A DNA stretch of 64,000 nt from Candidatus Kerfeldbacteria bacterium. GTDB taxonomy: Bacteria > Patescibacteriota > Patescibacteriia > UBA9570 > XYC2-FULL-38-9. Below are positions 37,947 to 48,567 of this stretch, piece after piece (the first letter of the stretch is position 1; each line of letters begins with the position of its first letter). Made by a program: the position numbers and the translations under genes. The notes under the pieces are model-generated. The model worked only from the letters and a program-made list of their open reading frames with translations. It did no database searches and was not told the DNA's origin. The stretch is from contig JACPGJ010000008.1 in NCBI GenBank assembly GCA_016182555.1, positions 92,272 to 156,271 of the forward strand, in the 5' to 3' direction.

Positions 37947-40613
37947 TCACACCTTTCTAGAATACCCTAATGTTTTCATCACGGCGTTCAATTTTGTTTG
38001 AAATTCTTGTTGGTCAATCATGGCTTGTTGAGAATTTTGATTCAGATCGTAAAATTCCCCCAATGCGCCCACATTGTCTGGCGTAACTGCTTTTAGTGAA
38101 TCATGAATATTCAAACGAAATTGTACCGTGCCGTCTGATAAACGTGTGTATTGCATACCATTCATTTCAGTAAATTGTCCAACTTGCAGTACTTTTGCCA
38201 AGGCGTCAATACGTGTAGGTGCGGCAATGGTGTGGTCACTTAAATTGTCCATCACTTGAGTTTTGGTATGCATGTCTACGAACGCGGCTTCTGCGCGATT
38301 AGTAATGCTTTCGGTTTGTACACTTGCTAAATGCACCGGCTGACCAGCCTCTCCAACATGCCCACCCGCAGGAGTTGCAGTATCGGCAGCAGCTGGCGCT
38401 GAGGAATGAACAGCTTCTGATGGCTGAACATTTCCTGAAGTAACGTATGAACCTGCAGGTTCGAGGCCTGCTTGAGAAGCACTATTCCCTAGGATGGTTC
38501 GTTCAGACATCCTGAAGGTTCTTCGCGCTCCGCTTTCAGTTTGTTCAGCCGCATCTGCTGCAGCAACACCCGGTTTTGCGGGATCATGAATTGCAAAATA
38601 TTTTTTCACCTGGTCTGCATTCTGTAAATCAATTTCTTTTCCGGTTTTCACATCAAAAACGCGCAATTTTCCACCATCATTCATTGCTGCCACTTCATCA
38701 GGATGTTTCACCCATACCTGCGGATGCTTACTATCAATCCAACCAGCCGCCGGCTCTTTCCCACCAAAATTAAATTTCGTCTCTTTTAACGTCTTCAATA
38801 TTGCCCCGTGCTGTTTTGTATCAGACCAACCCAAAGCATCCGACAATCCTTTTCCATCACCAACGATTTCCGCTCCTTTCGGTAGATGAACCTCGCGCGC
38901 AGCAGCATCAACAACATGCACTGGAGCAGGAGCTTCTTGTGGCACGGAAGCGCTTATTGCCGAACGATCTACATATAGTTGTTGAACACGTGGTGGTTCT
39001 ACATAACCGGGCTGATTGTAGGGTTGTGAATATACACGCGGTTCATAGTGAGGAGGTCGAATAGGTGGACGGTGCGGGTGTGTTTCTTCTACATGCACAT
39101 TAACCTCAACACGTGGTCTTTCTATATGCACGCGAGGAAGCCTGGGTCGGGGCGGAAGGTGTGAAGAATGATGCGGTGCTGAAACATGGTGCACTGCTGG
39201 CCGATGAATAGCCGCTGCTTCAGCGGGGTTGCTCGCAAATGGATTCAGTTTTCCAGCATTATCTACAGCGAAGCGTGCCATCCCAGGAGCATATTCTTTC
39301 ATTCCATGCCATACTTTGGCTACGCCTCCGAAACCCACAAACGCTGCCAGACCGGCACTAATGGCAGTATCTATTTTCGCTTTCTTCGCCGCTTCTGTAA
39401 ACAATGTATCATAACGTGAACGCGCCTCACTATCTTTATCTGCCATGGCATCAGTCAATATAATCACTCGTGCTTCGTTTTTTTCATCGAATGAAGCTAT
39501 TGGTGAATCATAAATTTCTTTCGCGTGCTGCAATCGATCGGCATGCCGTTGTAATTCGCGCATGACATCTGAATACAGCTTCAACTTATCGCCTTCCATT
39601 TTTCTGCCGGAAAGCAAGGTGCTAATTTGCAACTGATCGCGCGCATCTAATAATTTTTGCCGCTCCTCTTCTTGTGTGAAGGTAACAGTTGGTGTTATCA
39701 ATTCCTGTTTGCCTCGTGCAATAGAATCATTATTTAATTCTTGAACAAGGTTTGCGTGCAATATATCTTGTACTTGTGTTCGCACCGCTTTTTCTGTTTT
39801 TAAATCACGCCGACCACGTAATAAGTCATTTGTTCCAAAAAATGTGGCCGCGCCACTTAAACCACGCTTACCTATCATCACCGCGGCCGCTCCTCCCGCG
39901 AAACCAGTGGCACCAAGCACAAGACCACCGCCAAGCAAGGCTAAATTCACGACCATGCGCAAATTCACCACACGAGTCGCCATCTTCACCACACGGCTAT
40001 CCGATTTCCACCCATACTGTTTTTCCAAATACGAACCTAAATTGATATCGCCTAATTTTTCATGGAGTTTATACATTTTACCAAGCGCCGCAGATGCTGG
40101 GTTTTCGCCCCGCATCATCATCGCCGCGCGTTCATCAAGCAACCGAATATCTTCTGCAATTGTAGCTTCCACATCGCCAGCCATCATTTCTGCTTTCGCC
40201 TGTTCATACTGTTCCTTCAATGCCGCGTGTTCTTTTTTTGCTTCCGCTTTCTTCTTTGAATCACCCATCAAATCACCAAAAAAACTTTTCATAATGGAAG
40301 TTTCCGGTTTCTGAAATTGCGCTTCTTTTTCGACCACCTGCTTTCGCAACATTTCTAAACGCGATTGCAAAGACTGTTCTGCGGCAGAGGCTTGAGCATT
40401 AATTTCTCCTAATGCCTGTTTTTCTGGTGGGGTGGCGTGTGGGTCATCAATTAAACGTTCACCCTCAAACATAAGACGGCCTGCGTTTTCACTGGCTTTT
40501 TTTCGAGCAGTTGTATATACGCCCTCAACTGCTTCGCGCGTCAACTCCGCGGCAACCTCTGGTTTCCCCTCTCGCTGTTGTTCATTTTTTGCTTCTTGTT
40601 GTGCTCGTGCCAT
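37947..40613 (-). CDS. Large membrane protein: coiled coil, Gly-rich TM segments, His/Pro-rich linker
   Basis: 888-aa ORF; LALLGGGLVLGATGFAGGAAAV; HRPAVHHVSAPHHSSHLPPRPR. Confidence 0.7.
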   Translation of the reverse strand: MARAQQEAKNEQQREGKPEVAAELTREAVEGVYTTARKKASENAGRLMFEGERLIDDPHATPPEKQALGEINAQASAAEQSLQSRLEMLRKQVVEKEAQFQKPETSIMKSFFGDLMGDSKKKAEAKKEHAALKEQYEQAKAEMMAGDVEATIAEDIRLLDERAAMMMRGENPASAALGKMYKLHEKLGDINLGSYLEKQYGWKSDSRVVKMATRVVNLRMVVNLALLGGGLVLGATGFAGGAAAVMIGKRGLSGAATFFGTNDLLRGRRDLKTEKAVRTQVQDILHANLVQELNNDSIARGKQELITPTVTFTQEEERQKLLDARDQLQISTLLSGRKMEGDKLKLYSDVMRELQRHADRLQHAKEIYDSPIASFDEKNEARVIILTDAMADKDSEARSRYDTLFTEAAKKAKIDTAISAGLAAFVGFGGVAKVWHGMKEYAPGMARFAVDNAGKLNPFASNPAEAAAIHRPAVHHVSAPHHSSHLPPRPRLPRVHIERPRVEVNVHVEETHPHRPPIRPPHYEPRVYSQPYNQPGYVEPPRVQQLYVDRSAISASVPQEAPAPVHVVDAAAREVHLPKGAEIVGDGKGLSDALGWSDTKQHGAILKTLKETKFNFGGKEPAAGWIDSKHPQVWVKHPDEVAAMNDGGKLRVFDVKTGKEIDLQNADQVKKYFAIHDPAKPGVAAADAAEQTESGARRTFRMSERTILGNSASQAGLEPAGSYVTSGNVQPSEAVHSSAPAAADTATPAGGHVGEAGQPVHLASVQTESITNRAEAAFVDMHTKTQVMDNLSDHTIAAPTRIDALAKVLQVGQFTEMNGMQYTRLSDGTVQFRLNIHDSLKAVTPDNVGALGEFYDLNQNSQQAMIDQQEFQTKLNAVMKTLGYSRKV

Positions 40614-40630
40614 AAACGTGATAAATCAAT

Positions 40631-40843
40631 TTACACTTGGTTAAGCATCTGTTTCAATTGGTCTATTTTTTCCTGGTCAACACGCCCACGAATATGCCGC
40701 GCAATATCTTGTTGCTGTTTTTTCAACACCGAAAGATTCGTATGGAATTCGTTAAACGCCGCAATCATTTGATCCACCGTTTGTTTCAACACTTGTTGGT
40801 TTGGTTGCGGTGTTTGTGCTGGCTGTTGCCCTCCCGTTGGCAT
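40631..40843 (-). CDS. Small Gln-rich helical protein
   Basis: 70 aa, operonic spacing on both sides. Confidence 0.65.
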   Translation of the reverse strand: MPTGGQQPAQTPQPNQQVLKQTVDQMIAAFNEFHTNLSVLKKQQQDIARHIRGRVDQEKIDQLKQMLNQV

Positions 40844-40861
40844 AGAAACAGTCTGTTTATG

Positions 40862-41167
40862 TTATTCTTGTACAGGAACGGACGCTTTCAGCTCTTCTTT
40901 CACCGCTGCCACTTCTTGCTGAACTAATGCTTCTAAATTTGGCACATACTGCAACAAGTGGTTCATCTGTTCTTCTGGAGATTGTTCTGCCACCGTTGGC
41001 AATTGGTCCTGCGCTTCCTGCGGCATGTTTTCCATAATACGAATCATCACCCGGCGATGAATCAACTCATTCATTTGTTGCAACATGGCAACTTTCCGTT
41101 CATCGCTAACGTTTGCCAGGCCTAATTCCACGAATATATTGTCCTCGATATATGCTGGTGAATTCAT
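40862..41167 (-). CDS. DUF5663-like protein
   Basis: NIFVELGL...RVMIRI...VPNLEALVQQE pattern typical of the CPR family. Confidence 0.7.
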   Translation of the reverse strand: MNSPAYIEDNIFVELGLANVSDERKVAMLQQMNELIHRRVMIRIMENMPQEAQDQLPTVAEQSPEEQMNHLLQYVPNLEALVQQEVAAVKEELKASVPVQE

Positions 41168-41292
41168 AGATGCATCTTACAAATTAATTACGTAAACTGT
41201 AGCATTTTTTATTGAATTTTGCAAATTTTTTATCGATTCCCCTTTGCTCCCAATCAAAAAACTATCGACTGCGTTACAATCTGTAAAAAATT

Positions 41293-42312
41293 TTAATACT
41301 CCGCTAATATCGTTATCACTTTTTCTGATAGCGCTCTGAACTCTTCTTTTGATTTTTCAATATTTTCTTTTGTTCCATAGTGAATATCTTCTATCAACGC
41401 AGGGTCAAGGTCAAAAATAGCGACTCCAATTTCCTGGCACTTTGCAGGAATTCTTCCATAATCTTGAATAATAGAAAGCGGAGCGTTCCAACTTTTTTCT
41501 ACCAGTCCATTACGACCATGCTTTTCAGAAAGAAATTGTTTTACTTTTCGTGGAATAGCTTCCATCCAATGCCGGTGATCTTTGATCGGTTGTTTGCCAT
41601 ACACGTTATACGAATTCACCACATACCCAATAAATAACCCATCACCAGACAACACAAATTTACTTTCTGTATCACCAGAAAGCGCTTTACCAGTAACTTT
41701 CCAATTTTGTTTCCATTTTTCAAATATCGCACCAAGATTCTCAATACCCTGAACACTGAATGCATCAGGCATCATGGGAACCAGAAAATAATCTGCACCC
41801 AAAAAAATAATTTGGTTTAGTAGTGAAAGACTCGGTGAGGTATCAATAACAAAAATATCCACCTCTTCATTCAATCCTTTTTCTCGAAGAAAACGATCAA
41901 TAGCGCTTGTTTGAAAATATCCCAACCGTTGCCCAGAAGCAGCAAGCCCGTAGGCGGAAACAAGTAAATTTTCATACAAAGAAAGATTCACGCTGCCCTT
42001 CATGAGAAACAAATTCGCATGAATCTGCGAAACAGGAATAAATGGGACGGTCGCGTCAATGTCTGCCCCGCCTTCAATCACGCCACGGAGAACATCAAAG
42101 ATGTCTTTATCTGTGGCAGAGCTCATGCGTTCTACATAGTGCGAATCACCCAGGGCCAAGCGAGAAAGATTACACTGGGGGTCAAGGTCAACCAACACGG
42201 TTTTATACCCCTGTTGCGCAAACGAAACAGCACAATTAAAAGCTAGGGTTGTTTTTCCAACGCCCCCTTTATTATTAGCAAATAACAGCTTTTTTGAACG
42301 CGGAAACTTCAT
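41293..42312 (-). CDS. ParA/Soj-family ATPase
   Basis: NNKGGVGKTT, DLDPQCNLS, IDTSPS. Confidence 0.9.
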   Translation of the reverse strand: MKFPRSKKLLFANNKGGVGKTTLAFNCAVSFAQQGYKTVLVDLDPQCNLSRLALGDSHYVERMSSATDKDIFDVLRGVIEGGADIDATVPFIPVSQIHANLFLMKGSVNLSLYENLLVSAYGLAASGQRLGYFQTSAIDRFLREKGLNEEVDIFVIDTSPSLSLLNQIIFLGADYFLVPMMPDAFSVQGIENLGAIFEKWKQNWKVTGKALSGDTESKFVLSGDGLFIGYVVNSYNVYGKQPIKDHRHWMEAIPRKVKQFLSEKHGRNGLVEKSWNAPLSIIQDYGRIPAKCQEIGVAIFDLDPALIEDIHYGTKENIEKSKEEFRALSEKVITILAEY

Positions 42313-42472
42313 ACCTGGAGTATATCAAAGCGTTTTATAAAAAGGAAGTTACTCTTTTGCCATGACCACGAACAGCGCTGTGATGCTAGTAGAAACCAAT
42401 GCTATTTTTTGGCCTTTCATTAGCCAAATTTTTCAACTCAATGTTGTCCACACCGTTCATTTTTGAGTGGAC

Positions 42473-42501
42473 TTGACAGGGAAATTGGCCAGGAATACAC
42501 T
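42473..42501 (+). promoter_or_regulatory. Sigma70-type promoter
   Basis: TTGACA-17-TACACT. Confidence 0.7.
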
Positions 42502-42548
42502 TTCTTCGCCTATTTTGGGAGATTTTTTTCAATCCACACCCGTTTTTT

Positions 42549-43265
42549 TTGGGGGGATCTGTGTCACACTGTATCAACCACTTGATTTTTGCCCCTGCAC
42601 GAGGCAGGGCAGAGGCAGCGATCAACCACTCGATTCTGAAGCATAGAATGCGAGTGGACGTGATGAGAACAAACTGGGACCTGATGGAAGATGAATCGTT
42701 TGCTGATGCCATGTTCGCGGGTGCAAAAACCCTCGTGCAGCTCCATGCGAATCAATCGGTGGAGATCATGGTGCAGCAGAGATTCATGGAGAGGGCATTG
42801 AAGTTTTTTCGGCGGTTGGAAGAGTTTGGAAGGAGCCTGGATACTATCCTGCATCCCTCCTTTCGAACGATCACAATCGCTGACCGGCCTCCCAGCCGGG
42901 TGATCGTGGCCTGCAGCGATGGCCGACAAGTTTTCAACGAGAGCAGGTTCTGCCTCGTTGAAGACCATGCTGGATCCGTTGACATGATAGTGTTGCCAGG
43001 AGGGCCTCTCTTCCTACATCACTATCCGCATGTGGGAGCTATGCTCCGTAAGCACTACGAAGAATTTAATGTTCCATGGAGCGGTGTATACCACTACGAA
43101 TGTGGAATGCGCCTGCTGTTGAACAAAGAGGGCTTCGCAGATGCGGAAGCGGAGAGGGCGCACTGCTGCGCCCACGAACAGTTCGAGGGGTACGAAAGAT
43201 TCCTGTGGCAACCCGGGTTGAATAAACCCGGCGTTCCATACGAGCCCCTGATTGTGTCTCCCTGA
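42549..43265 (+). CDS. Divergent beta-carbonic-anhydrase-like Zn protein (start uncertain)
   Basis: ACSDGR (CxDxR), LPGG, HYECG (HxxC). Confidence 0.55.
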   Translation: MGGSVSHCINHLIFAPARGRAEAAINHSILKHRMRVDVMRTNWDLMEDESFADAMFAGAKTLVQLHANQSVEIMVQQRFMERALKFFRRLEEFGRSLDTILHPSFRTITIADRPPSRVIVACSDGRQVFNESRFCLVEDHAGSVDMIVLPGGPLFLHHYPHVGAMLRKHYEEFNVPWSGVYHYECGMRLLLNKEGFADAEAERAHCCAHEQFEGYERFLWQPGLNKPGVPYEPLIVSP

Positions 43266-43310
43266 CAGCAAAACGCCGCGGCAGGTTGCGCGGCAAAAAA
43301 AGGAAGAAAA

Positions 43311-43436
43311 ATGAAACAAGAGGAAACGGCCGTCGAAGCCCTGGACAGGGTCTTCGGACGGCGATACTGGGTGGCAGTATTCGTACTGCCATTCATACCA
43401 CTCATCGGCTCCGTCATCGAAAATCTATTTCGATGA
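43311..43436 (+). CDS. Unannotated 41-aa putative membrane peptide
   Basis: MKQEETAVEALDRVFGRRYWVAVFVLPFIPLIGSVIENLFR*; purine-rich AAGGAAG upstream. Confidence 0.45.
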   Translation: MKQEETAVEALDRVFGRRYWVAVFVLPFIPLIGSVIENLFR

Positions 43437-43676
43437 CGCGAAGCAACGGGCGCATGCACTGCGGACTCTACATCCGCAGCAGACGACTCCGGTAGGCCTA
43501 AAAAACCCGCCACGAGTACCGCACGCGCCTCGCTTTCCAGTAAGCGCCTCTCCCCAACCCCATGCATTCAAAAACGCATGACCGGGGAACAAGAGACACT
43601 CAGTGGGAAACGCTATGAGCGTTAAACAATAATAATCAATTTTGCCTATAACTTACTTTCTTGATATAGTAAAAAA

Positions 43677-44087
43677 ATGAAAGATATACAGAAACATATC
43701 AATTACTGGTTAGATTCCGCGGAGCGCAATTCGAAAACAGCAAAAACGCTTTTAAATACAAAACATTACGATGCCTGTTTATTTTTCTGCCACCTCACAT
43801 TAGAAAAATTATTAAAGGGAGCAGTGGTAGCAAAAACAAAAAAAGCATCGCCATATATTCATAATTTAATGACACTTGCTGAACGAGCAAAAATTGAATT
43901 ATCAGACGAACAACTGATGGATTTAAAAATCATTTCTACGTTCAATATAGCCGGAAGATACGACGATGCAAAATTATCATTTTATAAAATGTGTACTCCT
44001 GTTTACACCAAAAAATATTTTGAAAAAACAAAATCTTTATATCTATGCATAAAAAAAGAACATATAAAAAAATTCCGCAAACAATAA
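43677..44087 (+). CDS. HEPN domain protein
   Basis: YDACLFFCHLTLEKLLKG, HNL, RY motif. Confidence 0.85.
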   Translation: MKDIQKHINYWLDSAERNSKTAKTLLNTKHYDACLFFCHLTLEKLLKGAVVAKTKKASPYIHNLMTLAERAKIELSDEQLMDLKIISTFNIAGRYDDAKLSFYKMCTPVYTKKYFEKTKSLYLCIKKEHIKKFRKQ

Positions 44088-44383
44088 AAAAAGAAATAAA
44101 TCAGTATATTGCTGAATTACGAAAGGATCTTATTGATATTGAAGATATATATCTTTTTGGTTCGTATGCAAAAGGAACACAAAATCGGTCAAGCGATATT
44201 GATATTTGCATCGTTTCACCTTCATTTTCTCACCCAATGAAAGCCATGCAGTACTTATGGGGAAAAACACCACACCACAGCAAAGTGGCTATTGAACCTG
44301 TTGGATTTCATCCAAAAGACTTTAAAGACTCCTATTCATCGCTCATACAAGAAATCAAAAAAAACGGTATACGAATTGAGTGA
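44045..44383 (+). CDS. Minimal nucleotidyltransferase (MNT)
   Basis: LFGSYAKG...SDIDI (GSx10DxD); overlaps the HEPN gene. Confidence 0.9.
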   Translation: MHKKRTYKKIPQTIKKEINQYIAELRKDLIDIEDIYLFGSYAKGTQNRSSDIDICIVSPSFSHPMKAMQYLWGKTPHHSKVAIEPVGFHPKDFKDSYSSLIQEIKKNGIRIE

Positions 44384-44408
44384 AGACCGTTATTTTCTAT
44401 TTCTTTTT

Positions 44409-44438
44409 TTGACAACAAAAATTGAGCGGATGTATAAT
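44409..44438 (+). promoter_or_regulatory. Sigma70-type promoter
   Basis: TTGACA-18-TATAAT. Confidence 0.7.
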
Positions 44439-44488
44439 ACTATCCCACCCTGCTGTTGATAACAGCGGTTTATTTTTAAACATATCGT

Positions 44489-44770
44489 ATGCGGCGTCGA
44501 AACCGTGCGAAACAACAACCAGAGGTCACAAACCATGACCTCCTTCAAGCAATCAATGAGATTGCAGAAACAACCCGATTCATCTTGGAACATGGAGCGA
44601 CAAAAGATGATGTGTGGGGAGTTTTGAATCGCGTCATTACATTAGAAGAAAAGACAGAAACAATGGCGACAAAAGATGATATAAGAAAAGTACAAAACAC
44701 TTTAGATGCATTTGTTCTACAAAACAAAAACGCTCATGAAGAACATACTGCACTTGTCGCCAGTTTTTAG
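44489..44770 (+). CDS. Small coiled-coil protein with two ATKDD repeats
   Basis: ATKDDV and ATKDDI; 15-bp direct repeat at 44597 and 44666. Confidence 0.6.
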   Translation: MRRRNRAKQQPEVTNHDLLQAINEIAETTRFILEHGATKDDVWGVLNRVITLEEKTETMATKDDIRKVQNTLDAFVLQNKNAHEEHTALVASF

Positions 44771-45498
44771 TGATGCTGTTCGGTGAGAGCGAGTTTGACG
44801 AAGATGAGCACCAATAGCGAAAAGACAACTGGCTGAATGATGGAAACCGCAAAACCCAAAATATGGAATGGAACGGGCGCAAAAACTGGAGCGAGCAACG
44901 TGATAACCACTGCTAACACCTCTTCGGCGAACATGTTGCCGAAGAGACGAGCCGAGAGGGATAACACACGAGCCAATTCCCCAATGAGTTCTAAAATACC
45001 AACAAAAAAGTTAATGGGCGAAGAGAAATTAAAAAATTGATGCAAATATCCGCCCAAACCCTTAAATGTAAAAGAAGAAATTTGTACGACCAAAAAGCTC
45101 AACCCGGTGACGGCCAATATCAAATTATAGTCTGATGTTGGCAAACGGAAAATAGGAATAGCGTGGCCATGGACACTGAGCGTAATGACCGGCAACACCG
45201 GAATAAAGGCAAACATATTACAGGTGAGAAAGAACAAAAACACCGTCATCACATAAGGAAAATACCGCTTCGTGATTTTTTCATTTTGCGTGACACTCTG
45301 CACAAAACTATATGCGCCACCAATAACCGCTTCCATCATAACTTGACCACCTTTAGGCACTTCACGTAAAGAGCGGCGGGTAACTAACGCAATAATAATC
45401 AACATTGTGCTGCCCGCCAGAGACAACCATAATGTGTTTGTAATCGGCAACGCGCCAATGTGCCCTAATATTTCTGGTGCTATAGATATTTCCGCCAT
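44767..45498 (-). CDS. atpB: ATP synthase F0 subunit a
   Basis: ITNT, PTSD, SLSARLFGN, IQPVVF. Confidence 0.95.
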   Translation of the reverse strand: MAEISIAPEILGHIGALPITNTLWLSLAGSTMLIIIALVTRRSLREVPKGGQVMMEAVIGGAYSFVQSVTQNEKITKRYFPYVMTVFLFFLTCNMFAFIPVLPVITLSVHGHAIPIFRLPTSDYNLILAVTGLSFLVVQISSFTFKGLGGYLHQFFNFSSPINFFVGILELIGELARVLSLSARLFGNMFAEEVLAVVITLLAPVFAPVPFHILGFAVSIIQPVVFSLLVLIFVKLALTEQHH

Positions 45499-45499
45499 A

Positions 45500-45739
45500 T
45501 TATTTTTTGTCTATTTTTTTTACAATCTTTTCCGCGTTTGCCAGAAATAAACCCATTGTGGTGAAAAAGGCAACGCCCAGTAAAATGAATACCAGTGCTT
45601 TATTTTCGAATACACGAGTTAACCATAACCCCAAGACCCCAAAAATAAACAATGGAGCAAAGATATAACCCATAATAGCGCGCACCAAATCCCATTGTGA
45701 AAATTTCTGTGGTAGAGTCATAATTATTTTTTGCGCCAT
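45500..45739 (-). CDS. AtpZ/AtpI-like 2-TM protein
   Basis: GYIFAPLFIFGVLGLWL; immediately precedes atpB. Confidence 0.6.
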   Translation of the reverse strand: MAQKIIMTLPQKFSQWDLVRAIMGYIFAPLFIFGVLGLWLTRVFENKALVFILLGVAFFTTMGLFLANAEKIVKKIDKK

Positions 45740-46164
45740 TTTTTACTTAGAGCAATACGAGCTTCGTGCCAAGCAAGTTGTTGCTGCAATGCGGCATACC
45801 CAGCCATATCCACCGTTTCTTTGGCTTCCAATTGTTTGGCGAGGGCAGCGGCTTCTGCTTCTGCGGCTTCCAGATCAATCTTCTCTGCATGTTCTGCCGA
45901 ATCTGCTAACACCAGCACCGTATTATCAAACACTTCCAATACGCCACCGGCAACAGCAACGGGAAATGTTTTACCCGCTTCGTCGGTCACCACTAATTCT
46001 CCTGGCGCAACAATACTCACTAAATAGGTATGGTGCGGCAACACGGTAATTTGGCCAACATCTGTCGGTACTACCACCTGTTTCACGGCATGGTCAAACA
46101 AGGTCTCCACTGGAGTGACTAGTCGTAATTGCATGGGTTGTTGTGTTGCTGTTGTTGTTGCCAT
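45724..46164 (-). CDS. atpC: ATP synthase epsilon subunit
   Basis: LVTP, GQITVLPHH, GGVLEV, VLADSAE. Confidence 0.95.
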   Translation of the reverse strand: MATTTATQQPMQLRLVTPVETLFDHAVKQVVVPTDVGQITVLPHHTYLVSIVAPGELVVTDEAGKTFPVAVAGGVLEVFDNTVLVLADSAEHAEKIDLEAAEAEAAALAKQLEAKETVDMAGYAALQQQLAWHEARIALSKKWRKK

Positions 46165-46183
46165 GGAATGTAATTTTTTAAGT

Positions 46184-46207
46184 ATGGTTCGACAAGCTCA
46201 CCATGAC
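46184..46207. repeat. REP-like short palindrome (family C)
   Basis: atggt-tcgacaagctc-accat-gac, a widespread TTCGACAAGCTCA-core repeat; single copy here. Confidence 0.65.
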
Positions 46208-46210
46208 AAA

Positions 46211-47617
<1,407 letters not shown>

Positions 47618-48562
47618 TTATCCAGCGATGGCGGCAGAACCCGCAGATATTTCTGAAATTTCTCGGGTAATGTCATCTTGCCGCGCACGGTTGAATGCCA
47701 AGAGGAGTTCACTTGCCATTTCTCCAGCACTGTCTGTGGCATTTTTCATCGCTAACATGCGACTGCTGTGTTCTGAAGCATTACTTTCCAACAATGCTTG
47801 ATACAATTGCAGCTCGGCCATACGAGGAATGAGATGCTGTAACACCGCTACCGGAGATGGTTCATAGACATACTGCACCGTGTTTGGTGAAGCCGAAACA
47901 TTCTCCTTGGTTTGCTTCATTTCTTCCACTGCTGCAGAAATTTTATGCGATTCTGTAAACGGAAATAACTGGTGAATCGATGGCTCTTGATTTACCGTAG
48001 AATGAAATTCGGTATAGGCAATAACCACTTTATCGGTTTCGCCGGCAACAAAATTTTCATATAGTTGACGAGCGATTTCGATAATCGATTCACTGGTGCG
48101 AGCTGAATCTTGTTTTTCATAGGCAAGCGTTGCATTGATGCCATGCACACTCATAATACCCACTCCTTTTTTGCCAATACCAACCAGACGAATATCTTCA
48201 TCTGCATGATTGTGAATATAGTGCATCGCTAAACGAGTCAATTGACTATTGAACCCACCACACAAACCGCGATTAGAAGTAAATAATACAAGCGTGGTGC
48301 GAATTTTTTTCCCGGCTTCAACAAATTGCTCGGCCGGTGTAAAAAAACGTGTCACTTCTTTGCTTGGCACTGCGCTGACATCTTGTTTCAATAAACGCTC
48401 CATAATAGACCACGCATGAGTGGCATAGGGGCGAGTATCAACGGCAGCGGCAATGCTACGGCGCATTTTGGCAGCAGAAACCAACTCCATCGTGTGCGTC
48501 ACCTTTTGGGTGTTCTTGATGGATTTGAGACGATGTTTAATTTCTTTGGTTTGTACCGCCAT
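47618..48562 (-). CDS. atpG: ATP synthase gamma subunit
   Basis: RGLCGGFN, SEHSSRMLAM, NRARQDDITRE. Confidence 0.97.
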   Translation of the reverse strand: MAVQTKEIKHRLKSIKNTQKVTHTMELVSAAKMRRSIAAAVDTRPYATHAWSIMERLLKQDVSAVPSKEVTRFFTPAEQFVEAGKKIRTTLVLFTSNRGLCGGFNSQLTRLAMHYIHNHADEDIRLVGIGKKGVGIMSVHGINATLAYEKQDSARTSESIIEIARQLYENFVAGETDKVVIAYTEFHSTVNQEPSIHQLFPFTESHKISAAVEEMKQTKENVSASPNTVQYVYEPSPVAVLQHLIPRMAELQLYQALLESNASEHSSRMLAMKNATDSAGEMASELLLAFNRARQDDITREISEISAGSAAIAG

Positions 48563-48567
48563 GGTGT

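Noticed and set aside
42444-42452. DnaA-box-like TTGTCCACA near parA (also at 16381-16389)
   Set aside because: Isolated one-mismatch boxes with no cluster, no dnaA/dnaN and no parS palindrome; insufficient for oriC.
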